Source: Camelus dromedarius (lineage: Eukaryota). From it: a stretch of DNA of 64,000 bases. Below are positions 1-11,935 of this stretch, piece after piece. The stretch is from assembly GCF_036321535.1 (NCBI RefSeq), contig NC_087436.1, positions 5,208,001 through 5,272,000 on the forward strand. Reading direction: 5' to 3'. Under the pieces are notes generated by a model. That model saw only the letters and a program-made list of their open reading frames with translations. It had not been told where the DNA came from and did no database searches. Made by a program: the position numbers and the translations under genes. How positions within the stretch are numbered: position 1 is the first letter of the stretch; every line of letters starts with the position of its first letter.

Positions 1-2200
1 CACCAGATAATTTAATCGACTTGAGTTCATTAAATTAATAATAAAACTCGTCAAGCTAAACAGAGAGCAAAACCAGCCTGGCAATTGGTCCCCTACTTAA
101 ATTAAAGCATTTTCTAAGAAACAAAAGAGACAATTTTGTATTGGGGTTAACAATCTGCATACGAGAGACATATGGATTATTAAACATTTATTTAAAAAAA
201 TTAACTTCCAATGTAGATGGAATCTTTGTGTAATAAAGATGCCCCAAAGAGATCAAGCAACTTCATTTTATTGCTTCCTTGATATTGCCCCGATAGTGGG
301 CACAATTTAAGCTGTAGGAAAAGGTGTCTCTATCCATGAATAACAGAGATTGGGCTGAAGAAAAATCAGTAAAACAAGAGATAACGTCCTCTCCAAAAAC
401 ACTACCTGCCTTATTTGCACCATTGTCACTACCAAGAAACCACGCTCGTGTGTTTTGCTATAATTTGTTCACAGTGGGTTTATAATCCAACCACCATCAC
501 ATTTACCATAGAAATCAATTCATCAGTAGATTCAAAGGTGCTCACCTAATAACAAAAAGTTATAAATGCAATTTTAACTGAAGGAGAAGATCTAACTAAG
601 TGATGGTATATCCATGCATTGGAATATGATGAAACCGTTGAATTCAATGATGAAATTTTAATATCATGGGGAAAATGTTCATCATACAATATGAAGAGCA
701 AAAAAAGAGGGGGAAGTTGTTAACATTATGAGACCAAATTTATAAGAGGTAATGGAAAATAATTATGGCAAAAGTTAAGGTGAGGAAAAATATTTCCTTC
801 ATAAAATGTAATCAAGGCTTCTGAAATTTGCATTCGGAGGTAGGTTTTATCAAGGGAGACCCTTCTTGGAGTTGACACATATGCTTCAAATGTTGAAAAA
901 TTAAATATCCCATGTACATTTTATGTTGGACTGGTTTTGAAGGATGTGTGTGCATTTTCTGAAACAAATACAAAACCAAACTCTAACTTGTAAAACATCC
1001 CTTATCAGGGACACAACTTACTAGGAAGTTAGAACCCTCTGGGGTCATGCTCAGGCAAGAATCCTTTCCCTATTTTATCCTATTCTAAATCTGGACTATG
1101 TTGCCTGAGCCATATGGTTTTCTTCTGAGCACATGGTGAGGGCTGCTTTCTTAAGGTTTTGGAGGCTGGGAGGGGTAATGTGAAAATTAGGTGGTCGCGA
1201 TGTTGGAGGTGATCTCGGAATGGACCAGAGGTTAATGTGCTTAAGCTTTTGTTGTACGCCCTGTCATCTCCCCAATAATTTCACCAAAGAAGGTTCTGTT
1301 TTCTTTCCTAGTAATTATCACTGACATGCATCTGGCAACTTAATCCATGAGAATCTTCCTGTAGTCCTGGAAGGCAACTTCACCTTGCACTGAAGCATCC
1401 TCGAACTTTAAATTTTTAGTGTAGTTCGGCTGTGAGCCAGATTCCCACGGGCTTTCACTGGTGCTAAATACCAGTTAACAACTGCAGTACTGTTCCAAGA
1501 GATGGTCTCTGAGTGAAACAGCCTGCCTCTCCTGCATGGCCACCTCCAACAGAGCAGGTCTACGGCGTACTTTAACTGAGAGTCAGGTTCAGTTCCGCAG
1601 AAACTAAGAAATTTAAACACCATCACCGCATTGTTTTCCAGCTTCCTCTGTGACGTCACGGATCCCTAAACTTTTGTGAGTCAAGTCCTCTGACAATGTT
1701 GGAAAAGTGTATGCGTGTTTACAAACTGTCCATGTACCACCTCCTGAAGTTCACAGGGAATTTCAAGTGCGTTCATGGACCTCAGTCTAAGAGCTCTTTT
1801 GTCTAAGCCTTAACATAGATAAACAGATTTTTTGTAGTAGACTCTTGGAATAGGAACTCATGGAAATTGAGAACTATGCTGATTTTCTGAGAAGATTCTA
1901 TAGTTGAGTCCTGTTTTCCCACTGGTTGGCACTGAAATTTCAGATGCATGTCTAAATACTTCTTTTTACCAAAAGATATAATAAAGTGATGCTCAGATAC
2001 AAGCATCCTGGAAAACAGTAACTTTCCAATATTACATCATCAGTAAACAACACATTCTGAAACTAAAAAGCCTGTTGAGAGGCAGGGTGAGGACGTGTAT
2101 CTTCAGGGAGAAGTTCTCCATGGATATGTTGTAACAAAAGTTGAATTTGTTCATTCTTCACCTTTATAGTTCCTAGATCTACCTCCAAGTACATCTGGTT

Positions 2201-2324
2201 TGGGGGAGGGGAGAGCTCAGTGGTAGAGCACATGCTTAGCATGTACAAGGTCCTGGGTTCAAACCCCAGTACCGCCATTAAAAATAATAGAAAACAAAAA
2301 CAGATAAAAATTTAAAACAAACAC
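2201..2324 (+). mobile_element. tRNA-Ala-derived SINE (Vic-1-like)
   Basis: A box AGCTCAGTGG, CTTAGCAT anticodon-loop remnant, B box GGTTCAAACCC, A-rich tail. Flanked by ACATCTGG at 2191-2198 and 2325-2332. Confidence 0.85.
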
Positions 2325-5300
2325 ACATCTGGATAAGATACCTTTCACAGGTACTGGAAGGGATCTCTGGCCAGTGATCTGGCGACACTGTTAAATGGCT
2401 TGCAACTGGAGGCAGCAGGAGATTGATAAGAATGCTTCAAAAAGTACAGGGATCTCTTAGAAAGAAGAAAAGAAGAAGAAGAGAATCTTTTTAATTGTTA
2501 CAAAGGTAAAAACCTGAACTGATGGGTGGAAGTTATAGGGAAATGTTTTCTGAAGTGTCCAGAGGAATCCTGACCCAGTGAGTAGGGTCTTCCCTCTCTG
2601 TGAAGGTTTTCAAATGGAGTTGTCAGTGTAAGTGCTGGGAGAAATCTCAGAGATCATCTAGCTGAAACTACTCACAGATCTAAATATGAAGGAAAGAAGT
2701 AGAAGTTTCTAACAGTCAGGTTTTGTTTTAAAACTGGCTCTTGTACTGAAGACTTGATGACCTCAAAGGACGGTTTTAACTGAATGATCTTTCACATTCA
2801 TCAACTGGAGAAATTAACATACAGATCTTCGCTCCGGGAACCAATTTTATAGTCAACTTGTTAAGTAAACAAAAAGGAAACTTAGTGGGTTTTTTATGGG
2901 GAGTGGATAGGTTTCTGAGAAATATCAGAAATTTGCACCTATGATAGAATCAGGACACTATCTAGGTACTTAACTGTGGGTTACATGTGATCAAACTGAT
3001 TAAATCATCTCATTGACCAACTGGAACCATGAGAGGTCTTACGAAAGTAATCTGAATTTTGACTTTTCAGTTTACTTATTCAAAATTCATTGAACAATTA
3101 TTGGGTATGAGATCTTAGGCTGAGGTTATTGATGAATTTACTCCTGTGGGATGACTGAAGGCTGCCTGTGAAACTTGAGGAGGAGTGAGGCTGGGCTGGA
3201 AGGTTTGAGCCATTCCTCATCAGAGCATCTAAGTGTCTTTGAGCCAAGACTGTATCAGCTGTAACCACAGGGTGACGAGTGGGCTCACTGAGGACTTCAC
3301 ACATCTCATCATTTCTGATAGAGACAGCAGCAGCCTGGGGTTGGAGGGAACAGGGCTTTGTGACTTGTTTTGATTCCAGGATTGGGCTGGGCACCCACGG
3401 TCTAGGTGTTCCTAAACAGACACTGGGCAATACCTTGGATAGAGTTCAAGACTGAAAAATGAAGCTTGCTTTACGGAGATAAGAACACAGATTGTGTTTA
3501 TTCATAGGCTAATTGTAAAAGCAGATGCATATGGATGCAAAATAGTTGCCTTGTCCCATGAAGAGAAACCAAATATGAGCCTTGTAATTTTCTTCAAGCG
3601 TTTTTACATGTCTGTGTGTGACGTTGAGTAATTATTCAGTCACATCACACTCTCACTTCCTGACTCAATCTCCAGCTGCAAAACTTAAGAGAAACTTTAC
3701 ACAAAAGTAATCATTGCAAAGTATTTAAGTGTCTTTGGATAAAAATCTGTTTAAAAACAAATCACTCTAATTGATTACCATGCCACTTAAGACTGAAACA
3801 AGATGTATGTCTTGTTGATAACAATTTGTATGCCTTTATTCCACAATGATGACACAATGTATTGTCAAAGCACATAAGTCTACGCAATACAGGAAGATTT
3901 TGATTTAGCAAATCCTGTACATTAAGTTATCAAAACATATGATGGTAATCAAAATTCACTGGTTGAACTGTCATGTCTTCTAGAAGACTTCTAAAGATAT
4001 TTAGGATATGATTAGTCAATATAAGTCTCCTCATTTGATACTTTTTGCTTCTGGTTAGTTTCTTCTCACGGTGGTTGAGGACAGTATCCCCTTAAGCTCC
4101 AGGGTTTCCATGAGCTGAGTTGGAGGAAGCACTTCCTGCTTGCTCCCTCCTACTTCTGCTCAAATTCTGGCAAATCACATATTCAGATCACAGCTTTAGG
4201 ATGAAAACAAGGCACTGCTTTCTTTCCTTGTAATTGACTTCTTTCCAGAGATACACAACCTACAGGTGCTGATGTCTGAATGCTCACTGAAATGGAGACT
4301 GCCAGGCTGGAAATCTGGCCATTTGTACTCTCTTTAAACAAATTAGCATCTGCATTAGGAGGTATTAAATATAGGACACTAGGAATATATCTTACTGTCT
4401 GGATTTTGGAGGGATTGATGCTCAAAATTTATCTATTGCTTACTATTATTGAATATATGAACATTTTAGTTGTGTCAAGTTATTATATACAAAAGATATT
4501 TTATATACCTCTCTCTCTCATCTGGGATGTCATTGGAGTTACTTGTCTATCAGTAAATCCCGCAAGTACTTTTCAAATAACTGTATTAAAACTGATTGTT
4601 TTTTCCCCTAGGAGTTCTTTTGGTTAACAGGAAGCTCAAATCACATTTAGTGGGTTGTCATGAATTTGGCTTATATTGGAGGTATCACTTAAGGAAGTGA
4701 TACTAAGCTCTTTAAAAAGAATTAAATTTTGTACTCCTTTGTAAGATATGTACTTATTAAACGGATTTAAGACCATTACAGAATGTATAATAGTTTTGTT
4801 TTTTCCTAAACATGAGACAAAAAAACACTTGTACAAAATTATTTTAAATTTAGGTTAGAAAATTATTGTTTGTCTACCTGAGTTCTGTGGAAAGCCTTGT
4901 AACAAACGAGGTTAGGGTAAGATCTCAGTTTTCTCGACAAATGGGCAAAACATCCACCACCTACCTGGTACTGAGCAGTAGTAATACTTTTGATAAATGT
5001 GTAACAAAAGGTAAACACAGAATTCAAAAACTATTATAGGGTCACACATAGTATTTAGTTTATAAGTATAAAATGGGAATAGCTTATTTCAGTTGCAAAA
5101 ATAAGTATGTAAGCAAAAATTAAATTATTGTTAGAATCATAACAATTTATGGTATTAAAATATTTTCTAACACCAGGATAATAACAGCAAAGGGGAGTGG
5201 AACCTCAGAAAATTCCAACAAAGGGCTAATTTGCTAACAGCATCCAATGAAAGAGACGTAATCTATGCTACATTAATGACAGTTTTAGAGTGAAAGAGTA

Positions 5301-6451
5301 GCTTCTGGTGAGGCTTAGGATAATCCCCATTCCAACTTCCCTTTCCAGATATGGTACTGAAATAAACGTCTAAGCATCCTCACGGATACGGCTAACTTTA
5401 AAGAGCAGCGGTCAGAGAAGGTGCCATTATCCTCTCTCTATTGTGCGTGAAGGGAGAGGGGCAATGATTTCTGGGGAGTCAGATGAAACATGCAAACTGG
5501 AGAGTGAGGACCCATGCCCTCGCATGAAAGTACAGCCTCAAGGTCTTTACACTGAGTCATGAATAAGACCTGAAATCCATCTCCCTTCCCCACTCCATGA
5601 AGAACGCATGCATGCTTCCGCCAGAGTGAATCCCACCAAGAGAGATTTTGTAAGAGGGATGAGCAGAATTCTCTCACCAAAGGTTACACATTACTCCAAG
5701 TCCCCTTGACCTCCTGCCTCCACAAGAAACAGAAAATTAAATTGAATGTAAGTCTAATCCTCAAACTGTAGTTCCATTTGGCAAACAAGTTTTTGAAAAG
5801 TAATAATGGAATCAAGAATTCATCCTTCCCACATAGAGTAAACAATAGTCTGGCCATAAACTATGCATTATGTAAATGATCAGAAAAAAAATTTAAAGGC
5901 ATGGAAATTATGCAAATAACTTCATAAAAACAAAAAGGAGGGAGGAATGAAGGAAGCAGAGAAGAGAGTGAAGTTTGGAAACAAAAATAACTGAAAGAAC
6001 AGAAGAAAATTTCCCAAAGTGCTTCAAGTTATAAAAGTTTATTAAAATACAAACATGAGACATTTTTGTAAAATGGTTTTTAATGTTTTGTATTACTTAT
6101 ATGTTTATTAAAACACAAAATAAATAAACAACAGTGATGATAGTACTTAAGAGGTGGGCTGTATGTCCAAGTGCTTATTTCCTCTTCTTAATAACAAAAC
6201 AATAGACACTGACTGAAATAGAATCCAGTGCTTAGCAAATGATTCTGTGCTTTTAATGTTTTCAGCATCATTTTTTTTCACAACTTTAGTGGGAATGTTT
6301 AGAAGGGCTATCTCTTAGGTTGATAAAACATTTTCAAAGTACATTTTTTTCTGTTCCATTTCAATTTTTTTGTTGTTCAAAAGTTCCAAGTGAAGGTATA
6401 TATGAAAGTTTCACTAAAATATCTTAAAGGAAATAATATGTATTGGTCACC

Positions 6452-6850
6452 ACTGTCAGTTAATGCTGCATAACAAACATCCTCAAGCTGCCAGCAGCTT
6501 ACAACAAGAACCATCCATTTTTCAGCCAAGAGCTTGGGGGTTGCCTGGACTCCACAGGACGTGACCCCATGGCAGGGACTGGGTTCAGATCTGTGGCAGG
6601 AGTCTTCTGGGACCTATGTTTCTCTGGACCATTTTTTTCTCCTGGTGATGACAGCAAAGAGACCAGACCCACCTGTGCCAGCATACGGCAATTGTCAAGG
6701 CACTTTCATCCTGCTGGTTAGACCAAGATGAGGCAAAGACCAACTTCAAATGAGAAAACATCCCCCAACCACCATTAAGCCATGGCAAAGGTGTAGACAT
6801 TAACTGTCACTACCAGGGACCAATGTGAGCCTGGGAATTCCATCACACTG
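6452..6850 (-). mobile_element. Ancient MaLR (MLT1-type) LTR remnant
   Basis: Starts TGTCAGTTAATGCTGCATAACAAACATCCTCAA, resembling the reverse-oriented MLT1 3' end; highly diverged. Confidence 0.55.
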
Positions 6851-7039
6851 CCCACTCATTTATCTATGCACCGACACTACCAGAGAGTGGACAGAGATGG
6901 TGTGGACTAGGTGACTGCATTTTAGATAATTTCTTTTATTTTATTCCTTTTTTTTTTTTTCAGGAGGAGGGGCTTTGTTTCTTAAATACTGTAGTATATG
7001 AATGAAAAAAATTCTGGAGTTCTAATTAAAAAGAAATGA

Positions 7040-8420
7040 CTACATGGAGGTATAATTCAAATACAAAAATATTCACCCTTTTGAAGTGTATACTTCAGGA
7101 GGTGTAGCATATTCAAACAACTATGACCACTATCTAATTTAAGAATATTGTCATCACTCCAAAGAGAAAACCTGTTAGTAGTCACTGCCCATTTACCCCT
7201 TCCACCAGCTGCGGGAAGAACACTAGTCTACTTCCTTCCTTGATAGATTTGTCAGTCCTTAACATTTCACATAAGTGGAATTATCCATTCTGTGGCCTTT
7301 TGGGAATAGCTTCTTCTACCAAGCATGTTTTCCAGGTTCACCCATGCTGTTTGTATCAGTACTTCATTTAAATTTATTGCTTACAAATACTCCACTTGTA
7401 TGGGTAGACCACATTTTATTTGTCCATTTATTAGTTGATGGGCCTTTGGGTGGTTTCTATTTTTGACTATTATGAAAACTGTTATGAACTTTCATGTGCA
7501 GGATTTTCAACTTTCTTAACTACATGCCTAGGAGTGGAATTACTGATTTGCGTATTAACTCTGGGTTTAACATTTTGAAGAACTGAGTAACTGTCTTCCA
7601 AAATGGCCACAAAATTTTACAATCAGACCAGCAATGTATGGGGTTCCAATTTCTCCACATCCTCACCATTGTTTGCCTTTTTGATTCTAGCCATTCCAGG
7701 GGGAGTAAAGTGATTATCTCAGGATTTTAATTTGTGTTTCCCTAGTGACTAATAATACTGACTACCTTTTCATGAGCTTTTTGGCCATCTGTGTATTTTT
7801 TTTTTCTTTTGGAAATGTGTAATCAAGCCCTTTGCTCACTTTTCAATTGAATTACTTACCTTTTTACTGTTGAGCTGTAAGAGTTCTTTACATACTCTAA
7901 ATAGACGGTCTTCAGAATATGAATTGCAAAATTTTCTCGCATTATGCGGTTTGTCTTTTCATTTTCTTTTTGGTGTCCAATGAAGTACACAAGTTTTTTT
8001 TTTTTAATTTTTAGAATGTCCAGTCTATCTATTTTTCTTTTTGCCATGTGTGCTTTCGGTGTCATAGCTGGGAGATGACCACTTGATCTAAGGCCATCAG
8101 AGTTTTCTCCTTTCTAAGAGTTTCAGTTTTATCAATTGTATTTTAGATCTTTGATCCATTTTGAATTAATTTCTGTGTATGGTGTGAGGTAAGGGTCCAG
8201 ATTTATTCTTCTGCATGTGGATAACTTGTGGTCCCAGCAACATTTGGTGAAAAGAATACTCTCTCACCATTGGATTGTCTTGGCTCCCTTGTCAAAATCA
8301 ATTGACCATAATCGTAAGGGTTTATTTCTGGACTCTCAATTCTCTCTGCATGCGTAAACTTATTAGCCTTACCACACTGTTTCTATGGCTTTGCAGTAAG
8401 TTTCAAAACTGAGAAGTGGC
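7040..8420 (-). mobile_element. Old LINE-1 (L1M-type) 3' fragment
   Basis: Antisense L1 3' UTR/ORF2-end motifs: CCAGCAATGTATGGGGTTCCAATTTCTCCACATCCTCACC, TTTTGGCCATCTGTGTA, GTATGGTGTGAGGTAAGGGTCC. Confidence 0.85.
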
Positions 8421-9006
8421 AGGCAAGGTCAAAGGCAAGGCTCAGGCACTGAAGACACCTGCCTATACACCTGCCTGTCTAGTGATCTGCATCTGAAACT
8501 GCTGCACCCACCTTGAGGTGTCCTGGGTACAGCGTGTGGGTTCATATTCGAGACGGACCTGCGCTCACCTCACCTAGTCTCAGCCCTTGTTAATGAAGAC
8601 ATGAGTGGAAGGCGACAGGGTTCTCCCCCAGTCTCACACTGCCATACGATCTATCACCAAGCATTTCATTCATCACACACAACTCCAAGTCGCTGCCATT
8701 TAATTTAACCAAAAAGTCAGCATCAAGATGATGGAGAAAAACAAAACTACTGCTCAAAAGCCCTGAAGCCAAGAGACAGCAAAGTTTTAATGAAAGGGCT
8801 CACTTTTCTGCCTATTTTTTGAATTGATAAAGTTTTTTCTCACAATAAATTTTTTTTTGCGTAATAATTTTTTTGTGTGTAATAAAAATAATTTTGTGTA
8901 ATAAAAATCTTGGTAACACAAAACTTTGTCACTTTTATTTTCTTGGAGTTTAAGAGACAGATTTTGCAAACACACACTCAGTTTCTCCCTAGAATAGCTG
9001 CATTCT

Positions 9007-9012
9007 TTTATT
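9007..9012 (-). terminator. Main polyadenylation signal AATAAA of PDGFC
   Basis: Plus-strand TTTATT, with a GU-rich downstream element at ~8966-8980. A second AATAAA lies at 8939-8934. Confidence 0.7.
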
Positions 9013-9527
9013 TGGTGATTCAATCCATTTTTAATTCAAATAGTCACCGCATAACCTAGGCAACAATATTAAGCATTTTACAAGCAAAGTATTTAACTGA
9101 TTTTCCTCTCAGTTGCTGGTGAGTACAATAAGCAAACTGGTTAAAGGATATACTTCTGTACATAAAAATATCCATGTATTTATACAAGTGTATGGAACTG
9201 AGTTTAAAGATAATCTAACCAGAACGTCACAATAAATAGCACGTGTTCCTACAGGACAGCAAATCGCTTTGTCAGGAAGCTGTCACGTCTCTTTTTTCAA
9301 GGTGCTTTACGATCTTCTGAGCTAGGCTCACGTTTCCCAAAATAAGGGTTAGGGATTATTAATGCCTGGATTTAGACACCTGTTCCCATGTGCTGCTTCT
9401 TACTGGCGCCTCCAATGATCCAAGTGAATGATAGGCTAATTTATTTATTTTCAAACAGTCTTGGCAACTTACCAAATTCTATCCATTCCCCGCTCCAGTA
9501 TTTTAAAATGCAAATTAATCTAAGCTC

Positions 9528-9535
9528 TAGCACCA
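9528..9535 (-). promoter_or_regulatory. miR-29 8mer seed site (UGGUGCUA) in PDGFC 3' UTR
   Basis: Plus-strand TAGCACCA equals nt 1-8 of miR-29-3p, in an AU-rich context. Confidence 0.7.
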
Positions 9536-10410
9536 TACAAGAATGAAATACATGTATTTTTTTTTTTTTGTCAGAGCAACAATATTTTATATCATCTTTG
9601 TCCCTCTGGCTATAACAATTCTGTTTAGAAAAATTTACCAAGCTAAAAATAGTTGATCTAGGTTGTCATAAAAAAAAAAAGAATATTAAATACCTTTGGT
9701 AAAAATAGATATATTTAACAAGATTAGAAAAGCAAACAGTTATAATGTCAAAAGGAGAATATAAAAATGTACACAATGAAACAAATAAACCGACTTATAA
9801 AGTGAAAATAAGGCCACTCTTCTGAAAGCTGTCTCTTCCTGGCCATGAATGTAGTTCTCTGCTTCTAAGTGGTAGAAACTGTAATAAGAAATGTGGAAAC
9901 TCCAGTCTTTCTTATCAGGGTGACAGAAGCTTAATTCATGGCAACAGAGTTCCTTTTTAAAACCCACACTGGCGGGACATAGAACACTCTGGCTTATATA
10001 TGTGAATAGAAGAAGAAAATCCCAGATTTCCGTCGTTTTAGGCCCAGAGCTCAGAATTGGAGAGTTAAGCGAGGTGACAGCATCAGGTGCTCGGGGCCAC
10101 GCGTTTCTCCTGTGCTGACGTGAACGCCAGCCGCCTGGAGACCAGGGAGCACGTGGGGACGGGCCACTGGCCAGCGGCCGACAGCCCTGCATCCTTTTCC
10201 ACGCCTGGACCGCTCCTCCCAGCATCCGAGCATCCCCTGCAAAGAGCGGGTGCCAGAGCCCTGACGCCGCGGGCCGCCTCCTCCCTTGGATCGCCTGTAG
10301 GCCCCGCAGATGGAAGGGCCCTGGAGAAGCACCGGGCAGGGGGCCGGAGGCCGGTGCGGGCCCTGTCCCCCGAGGCAGCCCCAGCCCGCGCTGGCTGGAC
10401 TGCGGGGCCG

Positions 10411-10527
10411 TTATCCTCCCGCGTTCCCTCGGCACACGCAGTCACACTCCTCGTGGTGCTCCAGGGCCACGTCGGTCAGGGACTTGTGCAAACCCCGGAC
10501 ACCCGTCTTGGGTCTCAGCTGAAGGAC
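10411..10527 (-). CDS. PDGFC: PDGFC terminal coding exon 6, 117 bp including TAA stop
   Basis: Acceptor ccctttcag|GTC. Translates VLQLRPKTGVRGLHKSLTDVALEHHEECDCVCRGNAGG*, the PDGF-C C-terminus with the CxC motif. Not captured as such in the ORF track. Confidence 0.97.
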   Translation of the reverse strand, partial: VLQLRPKTGVRGLHKSLTDVALEHHEECDCVCRGNAGG

Positions 10528-11534
10528 CTGAAAGGGAACAAGGCCACCACCTTAAAGTCAACCCACGCCTGTGACGTCTGATCCCAGGGACGAAGACGAT
10601 CTCCTGGCACAGAACCTCGGGGCCCCAGCAGCCACTCAGCACATCTTAATTTTTCCCTAGAGCATTGGGAACACGTTCCCCCACCCCTCAAGGAATTCAT
10701 AAACGCTCGCCATCATTTCCTGAAAAAGAAGACCCTGTAATACCAATCATTTGGAAGGAGGCTGCTAGGAGTCACCAACAGACCGTACGTCCAAAGACCC
10801 GCCAGCCCTCTTTACTTTCCACATCCGATCGCACTAGGGAGAATGTCACCCTGGTTAGGGAGTTTGGAACCACTGCCGCACCCTTCACACGATTCATTTC
10901 CCCATTTGTTGGTTTCTTTCACTCATTCATTTCTTCACACTTGGAACAGATACCCATCTTTGCAGCAACGCACCGAGTCCCGCGCTGCTGTAGGAGGAAA
11001 CACGACCCCTCCGCAGCTGAGTCTGCTCAATTAGGCCGCCCATTAATTTTCTTGGCCACCGTCCAAGTCCGCTATGAACTCGATGAGACGGATTAGATGT
11101 ACTTCACAGACATCAGCCTCCGTCACAACTAACACTCGGCAGCTGGGTCCTACCGGGCGGAGATGGCTTGGCATTAATACCAAGCATGCCTCAATTAAAG
11201 AAGTTATTTGCACTTTGAATGGCTGAGATATTTCTTTTTTAACAAAAAAGTATACCAAAATTAACAGTGATACAAAACATTCCCCTTTAATGCTGAGACA
11301 AAAGGACGGAGCTATGGATTATCTGACGTATTTGATAAGAACCAACTACTACTCAACGTGCATTGCCTAGAAATGATGTGTGTTTGCATTATGAACAAAG
11401 CTCAGAGTGTAGAATGGTAAGAGACTGTCTAGCTTCTATGCTCTCTGGGTCTGACACACATAACTTCATAGAGCCACTTCTGAAAGATACCATTCCTGGA
11501 AATAATCATTAATCCAAAAAGGCACCTAGTTTAA

Positions 11535-11697
11535 GGGGAAGGGTGTAGTTCAGAGGTAGAGCACGTGCTTAGTAGCAAGCATGAGGTCCTGGGTTCAATC
11601 CCCAGCGCCTCCATTAAAAAGACAATAATAAATAAACAAACCTAATCACCTTCCCCAAAGACCCTAAAAACAAAAACAAAAACAAAAACCCCCAAAA
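11535..11697 (+). mobile_element. tRNA-derived SINE (Vic-1-like)
   Basis: GGGGAAGGGTGTAGTTCAGAGGTAGAGC...GAGGTCCTGGGTTCAATCCCCAG, an AAACCTAATCACC tail motif and an (AAAAAC)n tail. Confidence 0.88.
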
Positions 11698-11794
11698 GGT
11701 GCAAGGCAGGTTTTCTGACTATTCTACTTGAAGATTTAAAAAAGAAGAACAGAGAACGGGTCCCTCATTTGAAGGATGTGATCATATTAAAGGT

Positions 11795-11935
11795 TAATTA
11801 GCTAACATTTTTTGAATGCTTACTGGGTGCCAGGCTCTATAATAATGTTTTTACATGATTTGACTCCCAGGAATTCCATGAAGTAATTTACAATTATTAC
11901 CCCTATTTTACACATGAGTGAACAGCTCAGGGAAC
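11795..11935 (-). mobile_element. MIR fragment
   Basis: GAATGCTTACTGGGTGCCAGGC...ATTATTACCCCTATTTTACACATGAG is MIR core-like. Confidence 0.65.

Larger units (their letters stand above)
8980..10410 (-). other. PDGFC: PDGFC 3' UTR (approximate 3' end)
   Basis: Follows the stop codon with no recognisable repeats. Ends at AATAAA (9012-9007), followed on the minus strand by the GU-rich element TGAGTGTGTGTTTG. Confidence 0.75.

Noticed and set aside
9740..10435. 231-aa minus-strand ORF and overlapping ORFs in other frames
   Set aside because: Out of frame with PDGFC and running through the 3' UTR. Stop-codon scarcity is explained by the GC-rich patch, and there is no recognisable domain.
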